Shown here: positions 1 through 10,288 of the stretch, one piece after another
Numbering within the stretch: position 1 is the stretch's first letter
Layout of the letters: each line of letters opens with the position of its first letter
DNA from: an uncultured Actinomycetes bacterium
Lineage (GTDB): Bacteria > Actinomycetota > UBA4738 > HRBIN12
Assembly (NCBI GenBank): GCA_963831325.1
Contig: CAWHQA010000038.1
Coordinates: 161,978 to 225,977 of the forward strand
Length of the DNA stretch: 64,000 nucleotides
Direction: 5' to 3'
The notes under the pieces: model-generated
Databases searched by the model: none
What the model was told of the DNA's origin: nothing
The model's input: only the letters and a program-made list of their open reading frames with translations
Made by a program: the position numbers and the translations under genes

Positions 1-557
1 TTGACCGCGACGACCTTGGCGCCGTAGCACTCGGTCGCGAGGATCTTCGCCCGCTCGAGATCTTCGGGCACGAAGACGAAGCACTCGATGCCCGCCTTCG
101 CCGCGTGGGCGGCGGTGGCGTTCGCCAGGTTGCCGGTCGAGGCGCACGAGATCGCCTCGTAGCCGAAGGCGCGCGCCATCGTCGTCGCGACGCTGACGAC
201 CCTGTCCTTGAAGGAGTTCGACGGGTTGACCGAGTCGTCCTTCACCCAGATCGTCCCGTCGTGGCCGAGCGCCTTCGCCAGGTTGTCGGCGCACCGCAGC
301 GGCGTGAACCCGGCGCCGAGGTCGACGCGTTCGATGCCCGGGCCCCCCGGAAGCAGCGACTCGTAGCGCCAGAGGGTGTGCGGACCGGCTTCCGCCTGCT
401 TGCGGAAGTCGACACCGTCGACCGACTGCAGGTCGTAGGAGGGCTCGAGCGGGCCGAAGCATTCCTCGCAGATCGTGAGCGGCTCGACCTGGTACTGCTG
501 GCCGCAGTTGCGACACTGCAGGGCCGCGGGCGAGGTGATCGTCGGGTGCTTGGTCAC
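1..557 (-). CDS. thrC: Threonine synthase, N-terminal part (gene runs off the window start). Start GTG at 557..555 overlaps the ilvD stop as GTGA.
   Basis: Manual reverse-complement translation gives [43 protein letters not shown]...[62 protein letters not shown]. This shows an N-terminal CxxC..CxxC zinc ribbon followed by the PLP-fold SFKDR motif typical of the long-form ThrC. Confidence 0.7.
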   Translation of the reverse strand, partial: MTKHPTITSPAALQCRNCGQQYQVEPLTICEECFGPLEPSYDLQSVDGVDFRKQAEAGPHTLWRYESLLPGGPGIERVDLGAGFTPLRCADNLAKALGHDGTIWVKDDSVNPSNSFKDRVVSVATTMARAFGYEAISCASTGNLANATAAHAAKAGIECFVFVPEDLERAKILATECYGAKVVAV

Positions 558-2242
558 CAGGTCACCGCACCGTGATCGGCCGAGCCAACGGCACGCGCGT
601 ACTTCGCGAGGGCTCCTTGCGTGTATTTCGGCTCGGGCTCGGTCCAGTCGGCCCGGCGACGATCGAGCTCGGCGTCGTCGACCAGCACCTCCATCGAACG
701 GGCGTCGGCATCGATGCGGATGCGGTCGCCGTCGCGCACGAGAGCGATCGGCCCCCCGACGAAGGCCTCGGGCGCGATGTGACCGACGCTGAATCCCTTG
801 GTCGCCCCGCTGAAGCGGCCATCGGTGATGAGCGCAAGCTGGTCGCCGAGGCCCGCACCCGCGACCGCCGCGGTCACCGCGAGCATCTCCGGCATACCGG
901 GCGAGCCCTTCGGGCCCTCGTAGCGGATCACGATCACGTCACCGGGCGCGAAGCCTCCGCTTGTGAACGCGTCGAACGCAGCCTGCTCGGAGTCGAACGC
1001 CTTGGCGACGCCCTCGAACACCGTGCTTGCCGCGCCGGCGATCTTGATCACGCCGCCGTCGGGGGCAAGGTTCCCACGAAGGATCGCGAGCCCGCCCCAC
1101 GGGTGGATCGGATGGTCCGAAGCATGGACGACCTCACCGTCGGGTGCCGCCACATCCATCGCGGCCAGATTCTCGGCGATCGTCTTTCCCGTCACGGTCA
1201 TGCAGTCGCCCTCGAGCAGGCCGGCGTCGAGCAGCTCCTTCATGACGACCTGAACGCCGCCCACCCGGTCGATGTCGCTCATCACGAACCGGCCGGCCGG
1301 GCGAACGTCGACGAGGTGCGGCACGATGCGCGCGATGCGATCGAAATCGTCGAGCTGAAGGTCGACATGGGCCTCGCGAGCGATCGCGAGCAGGTGCAGC
1401 ACGGCGTTGGTCGAACCGGCGAGCGCCATGACGACCGCGATCGCGTTCTCGAACGCTTCCTTGGTCATGATGTCGCGAGGGAGCGGGCCGCTCTCGGCAA
1501 CGAGACGCGCGGCGTGGATGCCCGACTCCCGTGCAGCCACCTCGCGCCGGTAGTCGACCGCGGGAGGCGAGGCTGCACCCGGCAGCGACATGCCGATCGC
1601 CTCGCCGACCGCAGCCATGGTGTTCGCCGTATACATGCCGGCGCATGAGCCCGTGGTCGGGCATGCCGCACGCTCGATGCCGCCGAGCTCGGCGTCGTCG
1701 ATCGTGCCCTCGGCGTGCGCACCGACGGCTTCGAAGACATCCTGGATCGTGATGTCACGTCCCTTGTACGTGCCCGGCAGGATCGTGCCGCCGTAGAGGT
1801 AGACGGAATGCAGGTTCAGGCGCGCCATCGCCATCAACATGCCAGGCTCGCTCTTGTCGCATCCCGCGATGCCGACGAGTGCGTCCATGCGCTCGGCGTG
1901 CATGACGAGCTCGACCGAGTCGGCGATCAGGTCGCGGCTCATCAGCGACGCCTTCATGCCTTCGTGGCCCATGGCGATGCCGTCGCTCACCGCGATGGTC
2001 GTGAACTCGATCGGCACCGCACCGCCTTGGCGCACGCCTTCCTTCGCGAGGGCGGCGAGCTTGTCGAGGTGATAGTTGCACGGGGTGACCTCGTTCCAGC
2101 TGGAGGCCACTGCGACCTGAGGCTTGGCGAAGTCTTCCTCGCTGAAGCCCACGGCGCGAAGGTATGAGCGAGCGGGAGCTCGGTGTGGGCCCTCTGTGAC
2201 CTCCCAGCTTCGTGGCTTGCCCCGCGAGCGTTCTCCGGCCAT
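554..2242 (-). CDS. ilvD: Dihydroxy-acid dehydratase
   Basis: The 554..2386 ORF has a full-length IlvD/EDD signature ([25 protein letters not shown]). I chose the ATG at 2242..2240 ([10 protein letters not shown]...) because a GAGGAAGG ribosome-binding site sits 7 nt upstream. The residues upstream of this ATG in the ORF do not resemble IlvD. Confidence 0.9.
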   Translation of the reverse strand: MAGERSRGKPRSWEVTEGPHRAPARSYLRAVGFSEEDFAKPQVAVASSWNEVTPCNYHLDKLAALAKEGVRQGGAVPIEFTTIAVSDGIAMGHEGMKASLMSRDLIADSVELVMHAERMDALVGIAGCDKSEPGMLMAMARLNLHSVYLYGGTILPGTYKGRDITIQDVFEAVGAHAEGTIDDAELGGIERAACPTTGSCAGMYTANTMAAVGEAIGMSLPGAASPPAVDYRREVAARESGIHAARLVAESGPLPRDIMTKEAFENAIAVVMALAGSTNAVLHLLAIAREAHVDLQLDDFDRIARIVPHLVDVRPAGRFVMSDIDRVGGVQVVMKELLDAGLLEGDCMTVTGKTIAENLAAMDVAAPDGEVVHASDHPIHPWGGLAILRGNLAPDGGVIKIAGAASTVFEGVAKAFDSEQAAFDAFTSGGFAPGDVIVIRYEGPKGSPGMPEMLAVTAAVAGAGLGDQLALITDGRFSGATKGFSVGHIAPEAFVGGPIALVRDGDRIRIDADARSMEVLVDDAELDRRRADWTEPEPKYTQGALAKYARAVGSADHGAVTW

Positions 2243-2270
2243 CGGACCGCCTTCCTCGACGTGGAACGGG

Positions 2271-2732
2271 ATGGCCCTCACCGTAGCAACCAGGCGGCCC
2301 GCCGACGACGGACTGCGGGTACGATGCGGCACCGTGGATCCCATCGGCTCCGTGAACGGCCTCGTGATCGACTGCGCCGAGCCCATCGCGCTCGCCCGGT
2401 TCTGGAGCGCGATGTTCGCGACGGAGATCGACTCGATCGAGGACGACCCACCTCGCTACGTCGACCTCCGCTCTCGTACCGGCTTGCCGGTGCTGCGCTT
2501 CCAGCGGGTGCCAGAGGCGAAGGCGGGGAAGAACCGACTGCACCTCGACGTCGAGGTCGATTCTCTCGACGACGCGGTCGACCGGGTACAGACGCTCGGA
2601 GGACGCCCCTTGCAGGCACGCGATATCGACTACGGCTGGCACTTCCGCGTGATGGCCGATCCCGAGGGCAACGAGTTCTGCCTGATCGAGCAGGCCGCTG
2701 ATAGTGACGGCGATACCCTGGTGCGCTCATGA
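2271..2732 (+). CDS. VOC/glyoxalase-like domain protein
   Basis: The C-terminal 150 aa of ORF 2124..2732 ([20 protein letters not shown]...[19 protein letters not shown]) looks like a vicinal-oxygen-chelate fold. The start is an in-frame ATG at 2271, 28 bp from the divergent ilvD start. The stop overlaps the next gene's ATG as ATGA. Confidence 0.55.
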   Translation: MALTVATRRPADDGLRVRCGTVDPIGSVNGLVIDCAEPIALARFWSAMFATEIDSIEDDPPRYVDLRSRTGLPVLRFQRVPEAKAGKNRLHLDVEVDSLDDAVDRVQTLGGRPLQARDIDYGWHFRVMADPEGNEFCLIEQAADSDGDTLVRS

Positions 2733-4171
2733 ACTCTTCGACCGACCCACTCGACGTGGTTGTACCCCCCGATGCGGGCCGCAGTTGGTGGCTGCGCGAA
2801 GCGCTCTCCCTGCCGGAGTTCTCCGGCGAGGACGCGCCCGTGCTCCGAGGCCATACGACCGCCGACGTGGTCGTGCTCGGAGGTGGCTACACGGGCTTGT
2901 GGACCGCCTACCAACTGAAGCGCCTCGATCCGGGCGTCGATGTCGTCGTGCTCGAGCAGGACGTCTGCGGAGGCGGTCCGAGCGGACGCAACGGTGGGTT
3001 CGTCAGCAGCTACTGGAACGACCTCCCCCATCTGACTCGCACCTTCGGCGACGACGCTGCGATGCGCCTGTGTCGGGCCGGCGAGGCGAGCGTCGCGGCG
3101 ATCGGTGCCTTCGGCGAGGAGCACCGGGTCGACTCGTGGTACCGCGCCGACGGCGACCTGAACATCGCCGCCTCCGACACTCAGATCGGCGCATGGGGCG
3201 ACCTCGTGATGACAGCGGAGCGGCTCGGCCTCGCCGATGACTTCGAGGTGCTTTCGGCCGAGCGCATACGCACCCTCGTCGACTCACCGGTGTTCCGTGG
3301 TGGCGTGGCCGGGCGCTACGGCGCGACGGTGCAGCCCGCCCGCCTCGTGCGCGGGCTGCGCCGGGTGGTCATGGAGATGGGCGTGCGGGTGCACGAGCAG
3401 ACCCCCGTGGTCCGGTTCGGCTCGGGGTCTCCCTCCGTGGCCGAGACGCCGTCGGGAGCGGTTCGCGCAGGCACGGCCGTGGTCGCGCTCAACGCCTGGG
3501 CGTCGCACTGGAAGCGATTCCGCCGCGCGATCACCGTGCGCGGCAGCTACATCGTGATGACGGCGCCGGCGCCTGAGCGGCTCAAGGAGATCGGGTGGAC
3601 GAACGGCGCCGGACTGAGCGACTACCGGGCCGCGTTGCACTACGTCCGCACCACGCCCGACGGGCGTATCGCGTTCGGCATCGGCGGCATGCAACCGAAC
3701 CTCGCACGCTCGATCGGGCCCCGCTTCGCATACGACGAGCGCGCGCTCCGTGTGGCCTCCGCTGACCTTCGGCGCATGTTCCCGAACTTCGACGACGTGC
3801 CGATCGAGGCCGGCTGGGGGGGCCCCATCGACGTCTCGGGCACCCACCTTCCGTTCTTCGGAACCCTGGAAGGAGGCACCGTCCACTACGGCCTGGGTTA
3901 CACGGGCAACGGCGTCGGCCCGGCGCACCTGGGCGGGCGGATCCTCGCCCATCGCGTGCTCGGCCGCCACGACGAGGTGCTCGAGCTGCCGATCGTCGAC
4001 GCCGAGCCGATGCGGTTCCCACCCGAGCCGATCCGCTCGCCCGGCGCGCTCATCGCGAACCAGGCGATCCGTCACAAGGACGAACTCGAGGACCGGGGCG
4101 AGGTGCCGAATCCCATCGTGGACTTCGTCGCCAAGCTGCCGCGCCGGCTCGGATACAACCTTGGGCCGTAG
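2729..4171 (+). CDS. FAD-dependent oxidoreductase (DadA/PuuB-like amine or amino-acid oxidase family)
   Basis: A 480 aa ORF with an N-terminal Rossmann FAD motif VVVLGGGYTGLWTAYQL and the fold typical of D-amino-acid or gamma-glutamylputrescine oxidases. Confidence 0.8.
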   Translation: MNSSTDPLDVVVPPDAGRSWWLREALSLPEFSGEDAPVLRGHTTADVVVLGGGYTGLWTAYQLKRLDPGVDVVVLEQDVCGGGPSGRNGGFVSSYWNDLPHLTRTFGDDAAMRLCRAGEASVAAIGAFGEEHRVDSWYRADGDLNIAASDTQIGAWGDLVMTAERLGLADDFEVLSAERIRTLVDSPVFRGGVAGRYGATVQPARLVRGLRRVVMEMGVRVHEQTPVVRFGSGSPSVAETPSGAVRAGTAVVALNAWASHWKRFRRAITVRGSYIVMTAPAPERLKEIGWTNGAGLSDYRAALHYVRTTPDGRIAFGIGGMQPNLARSIGPRFAYDERALRVASADLRRMFPNFDDVPIEAGWGGPIDVSGTHLPFFGTLEGGTVHYGLGYTGNGVGPAHLGGRILAHRVLGRHDEVLELPIVDAEPMRFPPEPIRSPGALIANQAIRHKDELEDRGEVPNPIVDFVAKLPRRLGYNLGP

Positions 4172-4204
4172 CGAGCGATCACCGGACCCGGCGGAGCCAT
4201 CGCT

Positions 4205-5587
4205 TCACTCGCCGAACGGCGTGAAGCCGGGCGCGGTGGGAAGCCAGGGGCGGGCGGCTTCCCACGCAGCACCGACCGCGAGCACCATGTCGTCGGCGAA
4301 CCGAGGCCCGGTGATCTGCATGCCGAACGGCACCCCGTTGGGCGACAGACCCGCAGGAACCGACATCGACGGATGGCCGGTGATGTTCGCCGCCTGGGTG
4401 TTGTAGGCGGACGCGGGCGCTCCGATGTCGTCGCTGCCCGGGCTGCGTCCGTCGGCGTAGAAGCCTTCGACGCACATCGTCGGACAGACCAGCACGGTGT
4501 CGGTGCCGAGCAGCTCGTCCAGCGTTCGTGTCTGCTCGAACCGCCGGCGTCTGGCCTCGAGGTACCCGTCGGCCGTGATCGTCGCCGCGAGCTCCATGCC
4601 GCGGCGCAGGTACGGGGTCAGCGCACCCGCATGCTCGATCACCGTGTCGCGTCCGATCCACGTGAGCTCCTCGACCGCCACCGTCGTGAACCAATCGTCG
4701 TCGATCTGCTCCGTGAACGGAGGGGCGAGCATCTCGATCGGCACGCCCGTCGCCGCCTCGAGGCCGATGACGGCCTCGTCGAACAACGTCGAGATCAACT
4801 TCGGAAGCGAGCCGTAGTCGACCATGCGCGGCGTCGCGACGATGCGCGCGGGCCAAGCCTCTGCGCGAGGTGACCACACCGGCACAGCCGTCGGGTCGCC
4901 CGCGACCGGCCCGCGCATCACCTCGAGCAACAGCGCCGCATCGGCCACGCTGCTCGCGAGCGGACCCTTGATGGACAGATCGATCCACGACGGTGTGGGG
5001 TCGCGCCCGATCAGCCCGCCGGTCGGCTTCAGCCCGACCAATCCACAGAACGCCGCGGGGATGCGGATCGACCCTCCGCCATCGGTGGCGGTCGCGAGTG
5101 GGGAGAGTCCCGCCGCGAGCGCTGCAGCGCTTCCACCACTCGAACCTCCCGGGGACCAGTCCAGTGACCATGGGTCGTGCGTGTGGCCGAACAGCCGGTT
5201 CGACGTGAAGCCCTCGAACGCGAACTCCGGAAGGTTCGTCTTGCCGACCACGATCGCGCCGGCTGCGCGGAGCCGGGCGACGACCTCGCAGTTGCGCTGG
5301 GCCGGCGCGACGCTCGCACGCAGCAGGGACCCGAACGTCGTCGGCAACCCGGCCACGTCCTCGTTGTCCTTCACGAGCAGCGGCAATCCCGCAAGCGGCC
5401 CCGGGTCGTCGCCTGCCGCGACGTTGGCGTCGACCGCCGCCGCGTCTTGGAACGCTCCGTCGCCGCGCGTCCGTACCACCGAGTTGATCGGACCGTCGAG
5501 GCGCTCGATGCGCCCGAGCGACTCCGCCACCAGCGATTCGGCCGAGACGCGCCGTTCACGGACCGACTCAGCGATGTCGTGCAACAT
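4205..5587 (-). CDS. Amidase (amidase-signature family)
   Basis: The ORF contains the amidase-signature Gly/Ser-rich motif GGSSGGSAAALAAG and the catalytic-region sequence KTNLPEFA. I chose the ATG at 5587 (MLHDIAESVRERRVSAESLV). The upstream part of the ORF is Arg-rich non-protein-like sequence. Confidence 0.85.
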   Translation of the reverse strand: MLHDIAESVRERRVSAESLVAESLGRIERLDGPINSVVRTRGDGAFQDAAAVDANVAAGDDPGPLAGLPLLVKDNEDVAGLPTTFGSLLRASVAPAQRNCEVVARLRAAGAIVVGKTNLPEFAFEGFTSNRLFGHTHDPWSLDWSPGGSSGGSAAALAAGLSPLATATDGGGSIRIPAAFCGLVGLKPTGGLIGRDPTPSWIDLSIKGPLASSVADAALLLEVMRGPVAGDPTAVPVWSPRAEAWPARIVATPRMVDYGSLPKLISTLFDEAVIGLEAATGVPIEMLAPPFTEQIDDDWFTTVAVEELTWIGRDTVIEHAGALTPYLRRGMELAATITADGYLEARRRRFEQTRTLDELLGTDTVLVCPTMCVEGFYADGRSPGSDDIGAPASAYNTQAANITGHPSMSVPAGLSPNGVPFGMQITGPRFADDMVLAVGAAWEAARPWLPTAPGFTPFGE

Positions 5588-5655
5588 CCGATGCAGGGTA
5601 TCGGCAGCGGGGCGAGCGGAACAACGGCCGGGTCCGTCGCCGGTAGTCTCAACGA

Positions 5656-6960
5656 GTGGATACCGACGTCGTCGTGATCGGTGGGGGGTTCGCCGGCTTG
5701 GTCGCGGCGCGAGACCTGCGGGAAGCCGGCCGCTCCGTCGTGCTCCTGGAGGCCCGTGATCGCCTGGGTGGCCGCACGTGGTACCGGCGGCTTCCGGGCA
5801 CCGACGTGATGGCGGAATACGGCGGCACATGGTTCTTCCTCGACACCCAGACCGCATTGCGCGACGAGATACGCCGTGCCGGCGTGTCGTTGAACGAACC
5901 GATGATGCCCGAGTCGGTGACATGGCTCGCGAACGGAACCCTCCGCAGCGGGGATGACGCCGCACGGGCCGTCACCGACGCGCTCGCGGACGCCGCCGTG
6001 CTCGACGAGACGGTCGAGCGCATCGCTCGGGAGATCGCAGCGTCGCCGTCCGGCGAGATCGACATCGAGGCGTGCCGGGATCTCGATGTGCCGGTCACCA
6101 CGTGGCTGCGCGCCAACGACGTGACCGGCGATGCGGCAGCATTCATGCTCGCGTTCGCGGCCACGATGGGCGGGGGTGAGCCGAGCCGGTTGTCGATGCT
6201 CGGACTGGTGCTCGATGCGGCGACGCACGAGTACCGGTTCGACCAGGTGCTGGGCGACTTCGGGTCGACCTTGGCAGAGGGAACTTCCAGCCTGGTCGAC
6301 GCGATCGCTGATCAGGCGGATGCGGACATTCGGCTGTCGAGTCCGGTCGTGAGGGTTCGGTCTTCCGGGGGCTCGGTATCCGCCGACATCGCCGGCGGGG
6401 GCGACGTGCGGGCGGCGGCGGCCGTCGTGGCGCTGCCGCTCCACGTGTGGGTCGACGTGACGTTCGACCCCCCACTCGGCGAGGACAAGCGGCGAGCTGC
6501 GATCGTCGGCCACGCCGGGTCCTCGACCAAGGTGCTCGCGATCGCCGAGCACGCGCCCCCCGGGGCCGTGGGGGTCGGCTGGCCGGCGTCGCTGCAGGCG
6601 GTCATCGTGGGTGCCGAGGTCACCGGTGGCGGCCGTCTCGTCACCGGCTTCTCGGGCACCCGCGCGATCCGATCCGACGATCGCGACGCGGTCGAGCGAG
6701 CGATCCGCGCCTACTTCCCGGACGCCCTGGTCAGCGCGGCCGACGACCACGACTGGGTGGCCGACCCGTACTCCAAGAGCACGTGGTTCGCGGAACGGCC
6801 CGGGTGGCATGACGGAGATCCCGCGGCTCGCCGAAGCATCGAAGGTCGAGTCGCGTTCGCCGGGTCCGACATCGGCACCGAGGGGGCCGGATGGATCGAG
6901 GGGGCGATCCGCACCGGCCACGAAGCCGCGGCCGACGTTTCGGCGCTGTTGTCAGCGTGA
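5656..6960 (+). CDS. Flavin-containing amine oxidase (putrescine/monoamine oxidase-like)
   Basis: The N-terminus MDTDVVVIGGGFAGLVAARDL...LGGRTW is the dinucleotide-binding motif of the amine-oxidase family. The protein is 434 aa. Confidence 0.8.
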   Translation: MDTDVVVIGGGFAGLVAARDLREAGRSVVLLEARDRLGGRTWYRRLPGTDVMAEYGGTWFFLDTQTALRDEIRRAGVSLNEPMMPESVTWLANGTLRSGDDAARAVTDALADAAVLDETVERIAREIAASPSGEIDIEACRDLDVPVTTWLRANDVTGDAAAFMLAFAATMGGGEPSRLSMLGLVLDAATHEYRFDQVLGDFGSTLAEGTSSLVDAIADQADADIRLSSPVVRVRSSGGSVSADIAGGGDVRAAAAVVALPLHVWVDVTFDPPLGEDKRRAAIVGHAGSSTKVLAIAEHAPPGAVGVGWPASLQAVIVGAEVTGGGRLVTGFSGTRAIRSDDRDAVERAIRAYFPDALVSAADDHDWVADPYSKSTWFAERPGWHDGDPAARRSIEGRVAFAGSDIGTEGAGWIEGAIRTGHEAAADVSALLSA

Positions 6961-6970
6961 TGCGTGCGAT

Positions 6971-8216
6971 TTAACCCGAGGCGAAGGGCACCACTCGCAG
7001 GCCGTCCTTCCATACCTGCTCGATTCGAGCCTCGTAGTCGTCGAACACGAACGGGTCGCCATCGAGCACGACGAGATCGGCACGCTTGCCCGGTTCGAGG
7101 CTGCCCAGCTCGTCGTGCAGTCCCATCAGCTCGGCCGAGCTGCGCGTGGTGGCGTGCAGCGCCTGCGCCGGCGTGAAGCCGTTCGCGGACATGTGGCGAA
7201 GCTCGTTCAGGTTCGTGCCGTGCGGTGCGACCGGACAGTCGGTGCCCATCGCGACCTTGACTCCGGCCTCCGCCGCCAGGCGGAACGCGTCGAGCTCTGG
7301 GCGGCCGAGCCCCCGGAGCTTCTCTCGTACCGCCGGCTGCAGCTTCTCGTCGTTCGCGAGCGCCTCCGTCGTATCGCCGGAGGTGAGGGTCGGCACGAGC
7401 CATGTGCCTCGCTCGAGCATCATCTCCACTGCCTTCGGCGTCGAGGAAGGTCCCGTGCTCGATCGATCGCACGCCTGCTCGCACCGCGCGCTTGATGCCC
7501 TCCGCCCCGTGCGCGTGCGACATGACCCACGTGTCCAGGTCGGCGGCCGTGCGCACGATCGCGTCGACCTCGGCTTGGGAGTAGTTCGGCTCCATCGGGT
7601 CGTCGGCAGGCGAGAAGAAGCCGCCGCTTGACGCGATCTTGATGACGTCGGCGCCGGCGCGGATCACCTCGCGCACCTTCGCGCTGACGCCGTCGACGCT
7701 GTCGCACACGCCCGAGGGCATGCCCGGATACTCGATACCCCACAGACCCAGCGCACCGCTCGGCAGCCAAGGGTCGCTGTGCCCGCCGGTCATCGAGAGC
7801 ATCGTCACCGAGATCTGCATGCGTGGACCGACCAGGGTGCCCTCGTCGACCGCAGCTCGCAGGCCCGCGTCGGCTCCGGACGCGTCCCGCACCGTCGTGA
7901 TGCCGAGAGCGAGCGTGGTGCGCAGGGTCTGGGCCATGCGGTGGAATGCGAGCGAGAACGGCTCCTGCATGCGGGCGTACTCGTCGAAGTCTTCGAACCG
8001 GGAAGCAACATGCACGTGGCAGTCGAACAACCCCGGCAGCAATGCTTTGCCCGCGCAGTCGATGCCCTCGTCCCCATCGAGACCCGGTCCGACCTCCACG
8101 ATGCGACCGTCATCGATAACAACATCGGCCTCCGCAGGCGCCGCTCCGGAGCCGTCGAAGACGACTCCGCCGTGGAACACCGTCGTGCTCACCTTCACGC
8201 CTCCCTCGAGGGGCAA
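6971..8216 (-). pseudogene. Metal-dependent amidohydrolase split by a +1 frameshift near 7430. This is either a real pseudogene or a single-base sequencing error.
   Basis: The N-terminal part (MPLEGG...GLFDCHVHV...SIEHGTFLDAEG) is in the frame of ORF 6711..8216. The C-terminal part (VEMMLERGTWLVPTL...GKRADLVVLDGDPF) is in the frame of ORF 6971..7429. At gccgaaggcagtggagatg the sequence reads as though it carries one extra g. The tail of the first frame is Arg-rich non-protein-like sequence. Confidence 0.6.
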
Positions 8217-8262
8217 CCTACACTCGCGCCGAACCTACCCGCGAACCGAAGGAGCGACCCAC

Positions 8263-9489
8263 GTGGACCTGAGGCTCTCCGACACCGACCGTGACCTGCA
8301 ACACGCTGCACGTGAGTTCACCGAACAGGTGCTCATGCCGCTCGAGGACGAATGTGAGGCGAACGACGGCCTCTCTCACGCGAGTCACGTCTGGGCGAAG
8401 CAGGCCGTGCTCGACCATGGCTTCCACGGCATCAACCACTCGACCGACGACGGCGGCCGAGGCTACGACACGTTCCAACAGATGCTGATCGAGGAACAGT
8501 GGGGCCGGGCGACCGGCGCCTTGTGGGACATCCCGTGGCGACCGTCGATCCCGCTCGCACGCGGCACCGAGGAACAGAAGGAGCGGTTCCTGCGCCCCGC
8601 CATCCGCGGCGAGCGGCGCGATGCCTATGCCATCACCGAGGAAGGCGCGGGCTCCGACGTCACGGCGGTCACGACGACCGCGCGCCGTGACGGCGACGAG
8701 TGGGTCATCGACGGGGAGAAGTGGCACGTGACGAGCGGCGACGTCGCCGACTTCTTCCTCGTGCACGCGCACGTCGACGGCGACCCAGCAAAGGCGACCG
8801 TCTTCCTGATCGACAAGGAGATGCCGGGCGTGCGCCTGGTGCGCACCCCGAAGTACACGCACACCTTCGTGTTCGAGCACCCCATCTATGCGTTCGAGGA
8901 TGTGCGTGTGGGCGACGACCGAGTGCTCGGCGAGGTCGGTGAGGGCCTGGAGCTCACGAAGGACTGGTTCGTCGAGGAACGCATCATGATCGGTGCACGC
9001 ACGATGGGAGCGAGCGCTCGCGCCCTCGAGCTCTCGCTCGCGTTCGCGATGGAACGCCGTCAGTTCGGCAAGCCGATCGTGGAGTTCCAGGCGATCGAGT
9101 TCATGCTCGCCGACATGGCGGCGGAGATCATGGCGGCGAAATCGCTCCTGTACCGCGTGTGTTGGGACGCCGCGCGCGGCGATGCGGATCGGAAGCAGAC
9201 CCACGCGATGGCGAGCGCGGTGAAGCTCGTCTGCAGCGAGACAGCAGGGCGCGTGATCGACAAGGCCGTGCAGATCTTCGGGGGTCGTGGGTACATGCGC
9301 GAACAACCGGTCGAACGCCTCTGGAGAGAGCTGCGTGTCGATCGGATCTGGGAGGGGACCTCCGAGATCCAGCGCGTCGTGATCGGCAACGAGCTCAGGA
9401 AGCGCGGCACGGATCTCTATACCGGGTGGCCGGTCGAGACCTCGGCGGGAGGCATCGGAGGATCACGGGAGGGCCCGGGCTACGTCTGA
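8263..9489 (+). CDS. Acyl-CoA dehydrogenase
   Basis: The C-terminal 408 aa of ORF 7639..9489 has the acyl-CoA dehydrogenase fold (AYAITEEGAGSDV, ...IFGGRGYMREQPVERLWRELRVDRIWEGTSEIQ). The start is GTG at 8263, with an AAGGAG ribosome-binding site 9 nt upstream. Confidence 0.85.
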   Translation: MDLRLSDTDRDLQHAAREFTEQVLMPLEDECEANDGLSHASHVWAKQAVLDHGFHGINHSTDDGGRGYDTFQQMLIEEQWGRATGALWDIPWRPSIPLARGTEEQKERFLRPAIRGERRDAYAITEEGAGSDVTAVTTTARRDGDEWVIDGEKWHVTSGDVADFFLVHAHVDGDPAKATVFLIDKEMPGVRLVRTPKYTHTFVFEHPIYAFEDVRVGDDRVLGEVGEGLELTKDWFVEERIMIGARTMGASARALELSLAFAMERRQFGKPIVEFQAIEFMLADMAAEIMAAKSLLYRVCWDAARGDADRKQTHAMASAVKLVCSETAGRVIDKAVQIFGGRGYMREQPVERLWRELRVDRIWEGTSEIQRVVIGNELRKRGTDLYTGWPVETSAGGIGGSREGPGYV

Positions 9490-10175
9490 TCGAGGCAGTC
9501 CAGCACCTCATCGGGAAGCCCGGCGATATCGAGTCCGGCGCCGCCGGTCACGAAGTCGTAGGGCACTCCCTCCCACCGCCCGGGAAAGCCCGGGTACGCC
9601 ACGGGCTGCGTATCGACCGAGTCCCACTGGAAGCCGATCCAGTCGGGCGAGCGGAATCCGCGTGTGCCGTAGGGAGCCACAGCGGCGACACCGCGGCCGA
9701 ACAGCCTCGATTCCACGATGAATCGGCCCGCGTAGCTCCAGTCGGAATCCACGTACAGCTTGATGTACCAGCGGCGGATGTCCTGCAGGTATCCCTTGTC
9801 TGGCGAAGGAGGGGACTCCGGTCCAACGAACATGCGCATGTCGACGACGACGAAGTCACCCTCGACCGGCGCCGTACGTCGGATGATGCCGAGAGGATCG
9901 GTATACATCGGTGTGTCGCGCGGGGGTGTGCGCCACCCCTCGATGCATCCGGGAGACCGGGCGCCGCGAGTGGCCACCGCTTCGTCGGGGACCGACGGCT
10001 GCGTGGGTGAAGCGGCGGCGCTCGCGCTCGGCGTGAACGCCTCACTCGCCGAGGAAGCGGCCGAAGGCGCTGTTGAGCTGAATCCAGCGTCTCGTTCGGC
10101 CACGTCGTCTGCTCGGTCGCATGCCGCCGCGATGAGCGCGAGCGCCGTCGTCGCGACGAGGAACCTACGCATCAT
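9480..10175 (-). CDS. Hypothetical lipoprotein
   Basis: Signal peptide MMRRFLVATTALALIAAAC with a lipobox cysteine. I recognise no other motifs. Its 3' end overlaps the acyl-CoA dehydrogenase by 10 nt, convergently. Confidence 0.5.
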   Translation of the reverse strand: MMRRFLVATTALALIAAACDRADDVAERDAGFSSTAPSAASSASEAFTPSASAAASPTQPSVPDEAVATRGARSPGCIEGWRTPPRDTPMYTDPLGIIRRTAPVEGDFVVVDMRMFVGPESPPSPDKGYLQDIRRWYIKLYVDSDWSYAGRFIVESRLFGRGVAAVAPYGTRGFRSPDWIGFQWDSVDTQPVAYPGFPGRWEGVPYDFVTGGAGLDIAGLPDEVLDCLDQT

Positions 10176-10288
10176 GGGCGACCCCGCCGACGATACGGAT
10201 CGCCTGCTCTTGCATGGCAAACAGTATCGGGGCGCGGTGTGGCGAAGCTGTGTGCACGGTGCGGCCAGGATAGCGATAGGTCGAGAGC

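Noticed and set aside
572-2642. Long ORFs overlapping ilvD on both strands (572..1648 +, 1755..2642 -, 1134..1664 -)
   Set aside because: They are Arg/Ala/Pro-rich translations in alternative frames of a GC-rich gene. They have no motifs and are fully contained within the well-supported ilvD.
5371-6921. 516-aa minus-strand ORF antisense to the amine oxidase gene, and similar shadow ORFs (13156..14784 +, 16506..18500 +, 25952..27268 -, 53748..54797 +, 55882..56805 +)
   Set aside because: Their composition is dominated by R, G, A and P. They overlap genes that carry clear family motifs on the opposite strand or in another frame. These are typical high-GC shadow ORFs.
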